Under the pieces are notes generated by a model. That model saw nothing but the letters and a program-made list of their open reading frames with translations. It was not told the DNA's origin and did no database searches. Shown piece by piece: positions 29,886 through 36,993 of a DNA stretch of 64,000 bases; the first letter of the stretch is position 1; every line of letters begins with the position of its first letter. Made by a program: the position numbers and the translations under genes. The DNA comes from an uncultured Thermoleophilia bacterium (GTDB taxonomy: Bacteria > Actinomycetota > Thermoleophilia > Gaiellales > Gaiellaceae), in contig CAWASP010000021.1 of NCBI GenBank assembly GCA_963784765.1, forward strand, positions 7,645 through 71,644, given 5' to 3'.

Positions 29886-29915
29886 AGTCTAGCGAACATC
29901 TGTTCGCCCTGTCAA
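29886..29915 (-). promoter_or_regulatory. sigma-70-type promoter of the LysM gene
   Basis: The minus strand reads TTGACA (29915-29910), an 18-nt spacer, then TAGACT (29891-29886). The -10 element ends 9 nt before the ATG, so the mRNA is leaderless or has a very short leader. Confidence 0.6.
29893..29906 (-). promoter_or_regulatory. LexA (Cheo/SOS) box 2, inside the promoter spacer
   Basis: CGAACATCTGTTCG is a perfect CGAAC-N4-GTTCG palindrome, 9 bp from box 1. Confidence 0.75.
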
Positions 29916-30949
29916 GTGTCTCGCCGGACGAGCGGTTCGAGCGCGTCGAGGAGCTTCCCCGCCCCGAAGCGGACTGGGTCGTCGGCCGGCAGCCCGGTCT
30001 CCTCCTCGGCCGCGGCGATCGACGCGCGGGCCGTCCCGTCGTCCTGAAGCCGCGTGTTGAGCGCGATCCCGTGCACCCGGGCGGGACGGGCGAGCAGGCT
30101 CATGCGCTCGTGCAGATCGACGAGGTCCGCGAGCGGGGGCATCGGGAAGCGCTCGTCGTCGTCGACGACCGTCTGTCCCGCCATGTGGCAGAGCACGTAG
30201 CCGTGCGGGGCGCTCCCGTGGATGAGGCCCAGCGTGACGCCGGAGTACGCCGGGTGCAGCAGGGATCCCTGGCCTTCGACGAAGAGCACCTCGCCGCCGC
30301 GCTCGACGCCTTCGAGCACGAGGCGCTCAGCCGCACCCGCGATGAAGTCGGAGACCACCGCATCGACCGACAGGCCCCACCCCGCGATCGCGATCCCGGT
30401 CTGGCCGGTCGGGACGAACTCGCTGCGGATCCCGCGGCGTCGCGCCTCCCGGTCGAGCTCCAGGCAGACGGTCATCTTCCCGATCGCGCAGTCGGAGCCG
30501 ACCGTCAGGATCGTCGTCGCCGGCTGCGTGAGGTTCTCCCCGGTCGGCACGCTCAGGCCCGGCGGCGCCTTGCGCAGGTCCCGGAGCTGCACGCCGTGCT
30601 CGCGGGCGAGCGCCGCCAGCTCGGAGTCGTCGGCGATGAACTCGTGGAGCCCGTTCTCCACGTCGAGCCCCGCCGCGACGCAGTCCTTCAGGAGCTCGCG
30701 CCAGGCCGGCGGGAAGCGGCCGCCCTGGGTGGCGACCCCGACGAGCGCGACCGTCGGCCCGTACTGCATCGCCTCGGCGACCGTCGCCACCACCGGGAGC
30801 CCGTCGTGCTCGCGGCCCGCGGTCGTCGAGTCCAGGATGGCGACGACCTCCTCGCGCCGGTAGCGAAGGACGCCGCGGGCCGTCTTGCCGAAGTGCGGAT
30901 CGTCTGCGCGACCCTCCGACAGGAGCAGGAGCCTACGCGGCGTGCTCAA
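29912..30949 (-). CDS. DUF1611 domain protein (DgcN-like N-acetyltransferase family)
   Basis: 345-aa ORF with a TTG start. The P-loop-like segment VGSDCAIGKMT and overall DUF1611-type sequence are present. It is coupled by a 17-nt overlap to the dipeptide-epimerase-like gene. Confidence 0.7.
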   Translation of the reverse strand: MSTPRRLLLLSEGRADDPHFGKTARGVLRYRREEVVAILDSTTAGREHDGLPVVATVAEAMQYGPTVALVGVATQGGRFPPAWRELLKDCVAAGLDVENGLHEFIADDSELAALAREHGVQLRDLRKAPPGLSVPTGENLTQPATTILTVGSDCAIGKMTVCLELDREARRRGIRSEFVPTGQTGIAIAGWGLSVDAVVSDFIAGAAERLVLEGVERGGEVLFVEGQGSLLHPAYSGVTLGLIHGSAPHGYVLCHMAGQTVVDDDERFPMPPLADLVDLHERMSLLARPARVHGIALNTRLQDDGTARASIAAAEEETGLPADDPVRFGAGKLLDALEPLVRRDT

Positions 30950-31928
30950 CGCCGAGCCCGGGGCGGTCGGAGGGAAGCTGCGCGCCGCCCGTCAGCTCGA
31001 CGCCGCGCCACGGGTCCTCGGCGAGGAGCAGGTTGCCGTCGAGGTCGACGAAGTCCATGAGGCTCGCGACGTGAGCACCCGCCGCGATACCGAGCCCCGA
31101 CTCGACCATGCACCCGAGCATGACCCCGACGCCGAGCGCACGGGCCGCGTGCACCATGCGCACGGCCTCACGGATGCCGCCGGACTTGGCGAGCTTGATC
31201 GTGATCCCGTGAGCACGTTCCGCGCAGGCCGCGACGTCGGCGAGGGTGTGACAGTCCTCGTCGACGTAGATCGGGATCGGGGAGCGGCGCTTGAGCTCGG
31301 GGCCTGCGGGATCGCCCGCTGGAAGCGGCTGCTCGCAGTACTCGAGGTCGAGGCGCGGGAGCAGCTCGAGCGCCTCGTCGAGCGACCAGGCCTCGTTGAC
31401 GTCGCACTGGAGCGGCAGGTCCGTCACGGACCGCACGGCTGCGACGCGCTCTGCGTCGAGCCCGTCGCGGCCGCCGAGCTTCAGCTTCAACCGCCGGAAG
31501 CCGCGTGCGACGACACGCTCGGTACGCCGTGCCATGTCGTCGGGGTCGCCGAGCCAGATCGTCCACGATGTCGGCGGCCCGACGCGGCGGAGCCCGAGCA
31601 GACGGTGGACGGGCAACCCCGTCAGCTTGCCCTGCAGGTCGTGCAGCGCGGCGTCCACGGCCGCTCTGGCCGCCTGCTCGCCCGGCGGCAGCCGCGCCGC
31701 GAGCTCCTCCAGAGCGAACGGGTCGTCGCCGAGCTCGACCTGGGCGAGCCAGGCGAGCGCCGACTCGGTCGACTCCGCGTACCGCTCGATCGGCGCCGCC
31801 TCGCCGAAGCCGGCGACGTCCCCGTGCCGGATCTCGACCTCGACGAGCTCGACCTCGTCCTCGGAGCCGCGCGAGATCGTGAAGGTCTCGGCGAGCTGCA
31901 GGACCCGCTTCCGGGCGGTGAGGCGCAC
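30933..31928 (-). CDS. enolase-superfamily dipeptide epimerase (L-Ala-D/L-Glu epimerase / DgcA-like racemase)
   Basis: 331-aa ORF with a GTG start. The KLKLG, DVNEAW, EQPL, DEDC and KLAKSGG motifs give the enolase-superfamily metal and acid/base residue pattern. Confidence 0.8.
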   Translation of the reverse strand: MRLTARKRVLQLAETFTISRGSEDEVELVEVEIRHGDVAGFGEAAPIERYAESTESALAWLAQVELGDDPFALEELAARLPPGEQAARAAVDAALHDLQGKLTGLPVHRLLGLRRVGPPTSWTIWLGDPDDMARRTERVVARGFRRLKLKLGGRDGLDAERVAAVRSVTDLPLQCDVNEAWSLDEALELLPRLDLEYCEQPLPAGDPAGPELKRRSPIPIYVDEDCHTLADVAACAERAHGITIKLAKSGGIREAVRMVHAARALGVGVMLGCMVESGLGIAAGAHVASLMDFVDLDGNLLLAEDPWRGVELTGGAQLPSDRPGLGVEHAA

Positions 31929-31951
31929 CGCGTTACACTACGCATCCCCAT

Positions 31952-32024
31952 GCGCCCGTAGCTCAGGGGATAGAGCGTTCGCCTCCGGAGCGAAAGGTCG
32001 CAGGTTCGATTCCTGCCGGGCGCA
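31952..32024 (+). tRNA. tRNA-Arg (anticodon CCG)
   Basis: Manual cloverleaf: GCGCCCG-UA-GCUC-AGGGGAUA-GAGC-G-UUCGC-CUCCGGA-GCGAA-AGGUC-GCAGG-UUCGAUU-CCUGC-CGGGCGC-A. It is 73 nt and CCA is not encoded. Confidence 0.93.
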
Positions 32025-32486
32025 CTCGTCAAGAGGTCGTGAGGCCCGGGCTCCCCTCGCGTCGGCAGGTCGGTCAGCGGCGTCGAGAACGCTCGGCCGC
32101 GAGGGGTGTGCATCGAGGTCGCGGGCGGCCGCGGCGAGCCCCTTACCGAGGCTGCTGCCCGGGAATGCTCAACGCGCGAAGAGGGCGCCGAAGCCGAGCG
32201 CGAACCCGAGTGCCGAGAGGAGGGCAGTCACGCGAAGCATTGGATTCCCTTCATCGGCCGGGAGGCCGGTCTGCTTGAGGTTTCGTCAGATTTTGCGGGG
32301 CCTCTGCCGGGGTCGGCGGGCCGCTCGGCACCTCGGCGCGACCGCACCCGTTAGTGCGCCTTCAACCCAGGCAGAGAGCCCGGACTCCGGCTCCCGGTTC
32401 CCCCCGGACCGGGCAGCCGCACGGAGCTAACGCGACCGCCGCGGCGTGTGCACCGGCCGAAGGGACAGTCGTGCCCCGACGCTCGC

Positions 32487-32735
32487 TCAGGCCGTCGGCT
32501 GAAGGTCGACGCCGAGCGCCTGCAGGCGCCCCCGGACTGCGTCGATCTCGCGCTGCAGCTCCCGTCGCTCGTCCGACACCTGCCGTTCGTGGCGCAGGGT
32601 GAACTCGTTCGGGAATCCCTTGTCGATGCGCTCGTGGAGCTTCCCACGGAGGTCCGAGAGCTCCCGCTCGCGACGCTCGAGCTCCTCGAGCTCGGCCAGA
32701 AGCGTCGCGCTCACCTGCTCCGGATTCTCGTCCAT
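32487..32735 (-). CDS. 82-aa coiled-coil protein with two RsiG-type c-di-GMP-binding signatures
   Basis: ATG 32735 is preceded by GGGAGGAG. The track start (GTG 32750) adds 5 aa. The protein is MDENPEQVSATLLAELEELERRERELSDLRGKLHERIDKGFPNEFTLRHERQVSDERRELQREIDAVRGRLQALGVDLQPTA. See findings for the motifs. Confidence 0.7.
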   Translation of the reverse strand: MDENPEQVSATLLAELEELERRERELSDLRGKLHERIDKGFPNEFTLRHERQVSDERRELQREIDAVRGRLQALGVDLQPTA

Positions 32736-32828
32736 CGACTCCTCCCTCACGCGGCCGTACCGCCGTTTCCAGGCTGATTTTACACCGGGTCGGTCCTGCT
32801 GTCCTCAAGCGAACGGCTGGTCCTGACG

Positions 32829-34841
32829 ATGAGAAGCAGGCCCGTGCCGAACGCCGCCTTCCCCCCGAGGCTGGTTCCGCTCGCCCTCGCCTCCGCTGCA
32901 CTTCTCGCGATGTGCGCGCAGTTCGTCGCGCGCACGGACGGCGGCACGCCGCTGCGACTGCAGGCGCAGTGGACGTACGACGCGGTCGCGCTGCTCACGG
33001 CCGCCAGTTGCTTCCTGCACGCGCGTCGGCGCGACGAGCGCCGCGTCTGGGTCGCCGTCGGGCTCGCGATCCTCGCCTGGGCGGCGGGCGACCTCTACGG
33101 GACGGCGCTGCTCGCGCACGGCCGGCCGATCCCGCATCCGTCGCCGGCCGACGGTGGGCGCCTGCTCTTCTACCCGCTGGCCTACGTCGGGCTGGGGCTG
33201 CTGTTCCGGAAGGAGGTGAGCGGCGTCATCCCGAGCATGTGGCTCGACGGGCTGATCGCCGCCCTGATCACCGCGGCGATCACCGCCGGCGTCGCCTTCG
33301 AAGCCGCACTGCACGAGGCTGGCGGCCGGACGATCTCGGCGGCGGCGCTGGGCACGGAGCTCGCCTACCCGCTCGGCGACATCCTGCTGCTGGCGGTCGT
33401 CGTCGGGGCGTTCGCGCTGAGCGGCTGGCGGATGTCTCTCCGATGGCTGCTCTTCGGGGGCGGGATCCTGCTGTTCACAGCAGCCGATTGCGCGTATCTC
33501 GTCCGGACGGCGGTCGGGTCCTACCGGTACGGGTCGATGCTCGACCTCGCCTGGCCGGCGGGCATGATGCTGCTCGCCTCCGCCGGCGTCGTGCCGTCAC
33601 GGCGGCTCCCGGCGGGGCGTCTCGAGGGCAACCGCCTGCTCGTCCTCCCCCTGCTCTTCGCAACCGTGGGTCTGGGCCTCGAGGTGGTCGACCACTTCAT
33701 GCGGCTGAACGCACTCTGCATCTTCCTGGCGTCTGCCGGGCTCGGCGTCGTGATCGTGCGGATGGGCATGACGTTCAGCGACTACGTGCGCCTCCTGGCG
33801 AAGACGCGCGCGGAGACGCTCACTGACGCCCTCACGGGCCTCGCAAACCGGCGTGCCCTGCTCGCCGACCTCGGCGCGACGCTCGAGTCCGGGCGATCGC
33901 ACGTCCTCCTCCTCCTCGATCTGAACGGATTCAAGTCCTACAACGACCGCTTCGGCCATCCGGCCGGGGATGCGCTGCTCGTGCGTCTCGGCAGCCGGCT
34001 GCGCGCCTGCGTCGACGGTTCCGGCCGCGTGTACCGGCTCGGCGGAGACGAGTTCTGCGCCCTCTTGCCCGGGCGCGGCGAGGACGTGCCGGGGCTCGTC
34101 CGCACAACCGTCGCAAGCCTCACCGAGTCGGGGGAGCGGTTCCACATCGCCCCCTCCGTGGGCAGCATCGTCCTTCCGGACGACGCGGCCGATCCGCCCG
34201 AGGCGCTGAAGCTCGTCGACCGTCGGATGTACCGGCAGAAGACGGGGGCGCGCAGCCCGAGCCCGGACGACTACGGTGGGTTGCTCGGCGTGCTCGAGGC
34301 GCGCGACTCCCAGCTCGCGGCGCACACGTCCGAGGTGGCGGACCTCGCGGAGGCGATCGGCCTCGAGCTCGGAGCCGAGCGGGTATCGCTCCCGACCCTG
34401 ACGGTGGTCGCACAGCTGCACGACATCGGCAAGGTCGCCGTCCCCGACGCGATCCTGCTGAAGCCCGGCCCGCTCGACGAAGAGGAGTGGCAGATCGTCC
34501 GCCAGCACACCGTCGCCGGGGAACGGATCGTCGGACGCGTACCCGGCCTCGAGGCCGTCGCGGACGCGATCCGGGCCTCACACGAACGCTGGGACGGCAC
34601 CGGGTATCCGGACGGGATCGCCGGCCACGAGATCCCGCTGCCCGCGCGCATCGTCGCCGTGGCGGACGCGTACGCGGCGATGACGAGCTTCGACCGTCCG
34701 TACCGGGCGCCGCGCGCGCCGGAGGCCGCCCTGGCGGAGATCGTGGCGTGCTCGGGCACCCAGTTCGACCCCGAGATCGTCGCCGCGCTCGTTCGCGTGC
34801 TCGAGCCCGCTTCGGTGGTCGTCGGCAACCCGGGAGGCTGA
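32829..34841 (+). CDS. polytopic membrane sensor with GGDEF diguanylate cyclase and HD-GYP phosphodiesterase domains
   Basis: 670-aa ORF with an ATG start. About 300 N-terminal residues carry many hydrophobic segments. The GGDEF domain (NRRAL...DLNGFKSYNDRFGHPAGD...RLGGDEF) and the HD-GYP domain (LHDIGKV...SHERWDGTGYPDG) are both present. Confidence 0.92.
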   Translation: MRSRPVPNAAFPPRLVPLALASAALLAMCAQFVARTDGGTPLRLQAQWTYDAVALLTAASCFLHARRRDERRVWVAVGLAILAWAAGDLYGTALLAHGRPIPHPSPADGGRLLFYPLAYVGLGLLFRKEVSGVIPSMWLDGLIAALITAAITAGVAFEAALHEAGGRTISAAALGTELAYPLGDILLLAVVVGAFALSGWRMSLRWLLFGGGILLFTAADCAYLVRTAVGSYRYGSMLDLAWPAGMMLLASAGVVPSRRLPAGRLEGNRLLVLPLLFATVGLGLEVVDHFMRLNALCIFLASAGLGVVIVRMGMTFSDYVRLLAKTRAETLTDALTGLANRRALLADLGATLESGRSHVLLLLDLNGFKSYNDRFGHPAGDALLVRLGSRLRACVDGSGRVYRLGGDEFCALLPGRGEDVPGLVRTTVASLTESGERFHIAPSVGSIVLPDDAADPPEALKLVDRRMYRQKTGARSPSPDDYGGLLGVLEARDSQLAAHTSEVADLAEAIGLELGAERVSLPTLTVVAQLHDIGKVAVPDAILLKPGPLDEEEWQIVRQHTVAGERIVGRVPGLEAVADAIRASHERWDGTGYPDGIAGHEIPLPARIVAVADAYAAMTSFDRPYRAPRAPEAALAEIVACSGTQFDPEIVAALVRVLEPASVVVGNPGG

Positions 34842-34846
34842 CGCGG

Positions 34847-35119
34847 TCAGCGGGAGGCGACCAGCCGGTCGTGCAGCTCCCTCAGGGCGCCCGGTGTGTC
34901 GAGGCTGCCGACGTGCACGGTCGGGAGCCCGAAGCGCTCGAGGTGGAGCGTGCCGCGGTCGAGCAGGATCTTCCCGAGCTCGCGCAGCGCGATGTGCTCG
35001 ACCATCGGAGACGGCGTCGTCGCGGCGAGCGCGAGATGGTTCTCCGACAACTCGACGCGTCCGGCGACCCGCGGGCCGTCGTCGACCCACCAGAACATGG
35101 CGTAGCTCGGAGGCGTCAT
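34847..35119 (-). CDS. hypothetical 90-aa protein
   Basis: Start at ATG 35119 (MTPPSYAMFWWVDDGPRVAGRVELSENHLAL...). The rest of track ORF 34847..35563 is antisense to the cupin gene. No family recognised. Confidence 0.45.
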   Translation of the reverse strand: MTPPSYAMFWWVDDGPRVAGRVELSENHLALAATTPSPMVEHIALRELGKILLDRGTLHLERFGLPTVHVGSLDTPGALRELHDRLVASR

Positions 35120-35179
35120 GGGCGAACGGTGACGCCGGTGCCGGGCACCGCCATCAGGGGAATCGCCTATGGTGGCGGC

Positions 35180-35497
35180 GTGAACTCGCACGTCTTCGAT
35201 GTGGACGGGGCGAAGCGCCGGCTCCAGGCGGACGGCGGGGGCTACGAGGTCGTCCACGAGAGCCCCGGGCTCGAGCTCGGCGTCTACGTGCTCGTCGCGC
35301 CCGAGCCCGATCGCCAGCAGCCGCACGAGGACGACGAGGTCTACGTGGTCCTCGAGGGATCCGGCGTTCTCGAGATCGAGGGAGAGCAGCACCCCCTCGG
35401 CCCCGGCGAGGCGATCTTCGTGCCTGCGGGAGCCGACCACCGGTTCACCGCCTACGAGCAGCTGTCGGTGCTCGTGGCCTTCGCACGAACGCGGTAA
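35180..35497 (+). CDS. cupin domain protein
   Basis: Start at GTG 35180 (VNSHVFDVDG...). The cupin motifs PHEDDEVYVVLEGSG and GEAIFVPAGADHRF are present. Confidence 0.7.
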   Translation: MNSHVFDVDGAKRRLQADGGGYEVVHESPGLELGVYVLVAPEPDRQQPHEDDEVYVVLEGSGVLEIEGEQHPLGPGEAIFVPAGADHRFTAYEQLSVLVAFARTR

Positions 35498-35637
35498 GCC
35501 GAACCCACATCTGTGGTAAAGCCGCAACTCCCGACGGCTTAGGGCTGATGCCGTGGTTTCCACGAGGCCGCAGAGTGGTCTTCAATCAACGGGCCGACTG
35601 CCACGGAACGGCCGGCCGCGAGGTAAGGAGCGAAGAC

Positions 35638-36264
35638 ATGCGCAAGACACTCGAGATCGGAGGGCTCGTCGCAGCAGTCGTGCTGATCGGCTTCGGCATC
35701 GGGTCACTCGTGATGAGCATCAACGGCCGCGACACGGTGCAGCACAGCTTGAAGCTCGAGGGGATCGTCGGCTCCTCCGACATGACCCCGACCGCGATCA
35801 AGGCCGAGGCCGGCAAGACGCTCGCGAACGTGACCGTCGACTGGCCGACCTGCTCGGTCGCGAACAAGGCGGTCAACACCGGCGACCGCGCCCGCTGCTT
35901 CGCGCAGTACATGCGGATCCACACGCTGGAGGCGACCGGCGGCCAGACCTACGCCCAGATGCCGCGGTACGCGACGGCGGACGGCAAGGGAACGAATGAC
36001 GCCACTGCGGCCCTCAAGGACGCCAAGGGCCAGCCGGTCGACAACGGCCTCCGCAACCTGTGGGTGACGGAGACCGCTCTGACGACCGCCCTCAACACGA
36101 GCTACCTGGCCGAGCAGATCTCGCTCTTCGGGATCGTCGTGGGCGTCGCCCTCCTGCTCGCCGGCATCGGGTTCGGCATCCTCGCCCTCTCCGGGGCACT
36201 GCGCGGACGCGAGGCGATGGTTCACATCCCGCACCACAAGTCCGAGGCGGTTCCCGCGAGCTAG
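35638..36264 (+). CDS. hypothetical membrane protein (N- and C-terminal TM, extracytoplasmic middle)
   Basis: ATG 35638 is preceded by AAGGAG. The TMs are IGGLVAAVVLIGFGIGSLVM and LFGIVVGVALLLAGIGFGILAL. No family recognised. Confidence 0.7.
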   Translation: MRKTLEIGGLVAAVVLIGFGIGSLVMSINGRDTVQHSLKLEGIVGSSDMTPTAIKAEAGKTLANVTVDWPTCSVANKAVNTGDRARCFAQYMRIHTLEATGGQTYAQMPRYATADGKGTNDATAALKDAKGQPVDNGLRNLWVTETALTTALNTSYLAEQISLFGIVVGVALLLAGIGFGILALSGALRGREAMVHIPHHKSEAVPAS

Positions 36265-36282
36265 TTCGCGCCACCTCGCGCC

Positions 36283-36312
36283 GAAGAAGGCCGCCGCAAG
36301 GCGGTCTTCTTC
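36283..36312. terminator. bidirectional hairpin terminator between convergent genes
   Basis: GAAGAAGGCCGCC-GCAA-GGCGGTCTTCTTC forms a 13-bp stem with one G-U pair and a GCAA loop. It lies between stops at 36264 (+) and 36328 (-). Confidence 0.6.
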
Positions 36313-36327
36313 GTGGACCGAAGCCGT

Positions 36328-36993
36328 CTACTCCTCGACGTCCTCGGCGAGCAGGCCGTGCGCGATCGCGTGACGGACGAGCTCGGCGCGGGTCGAGAGC
36401 CCGAGCTTCTGCATGATGTGCGCGCGGTGGGTCTCGGCCGTGCGGACCGAGATGTAGAGCTTCTTCGCGATCTCCTGGTTCGTGTGCCCGAGCGCGAGCA
36501 GCCGGAGCACCTCGCGCTCGCGATCCGAGAGGGGGTCGGCGGCGGCAGCGGCGCGGGCCTGCGCCTCCGCGGCGACCATCCGGGCGCCGAGCGCCGGGTG
36601 CACGTACTCGCCGCCCGCCGCGATCTCACGGACGGCGCCGACGACCTCGGCGTCGGCGGCTTCCTTGAGGACGTAGCCGTTCGCGCCGTGGGCGAACGCC
36701 TCGCGGACGTAACGGGGGTCGTCCTGCATCGAGAGCACGAGCACCTTCGCACCGGGTGCTTCCTTCTTCAGCCGGGGAAGCGCCTCGATCCCGCTCTCGC
36801 CCGGCATGACCACGTCGAGGACGATCACGTCCGGCTGGTGCGCGCGCGCCTCGAAGACGGCGTCCCGGGCGTTGCCCGCCTCGGCGACCACGTCGAAGTC
36901 GGGCTCGGCGTCGAGGAGCATGCGCAGGCCGGAGCGCACGACGGCATGGTCGTCGACGACGAGCAGGCGTGTCTTCTGGTCCTTCGGGGTCAT
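36328..36993 (-). CDS. NarL/LuxR-family response regulator (DevR/DosR-like)
   Basis: 221 codons from ATG 36993 (MTPKDQKTRLLVVDDHAVVRSGL...). It has a receiver domain plus a C-terminal LuxR HTH (LSDREREVLRLLALGHTNQEIAKKLYISVRTAETH). Confidence 0.92.
   Translation of the reverse strand: MTPKDQKTRLLVVDDHAVVRSGLRMLLDAEPDFDVVAEAGNARDAVFEARAHQPDVIVLDVVMPGESGIEALPRLKKEAPGAKVLVLSMQDDPRYVREAFAHGANGYVLKEAADAEVVGAVREIAAGGEYVHPALGARMVAAEAQARAAAAADPLSDREREVLRLLALGHTNQEIAKKLYISVRTAETHRAHIMQKLGLSTRAELVRHAIAHGLLAEDVEE

Noticed and set aside
31952-36264. Genomic island integrated at tRNA-Arg (and likewise at tRNA-Gly, 63857-63929).
   Set aside because: I found no integrase, recombinase or transposase ORF. 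I found no direct repeat of the tRNA 3-prime end. I saw no clear compositional break by eye.
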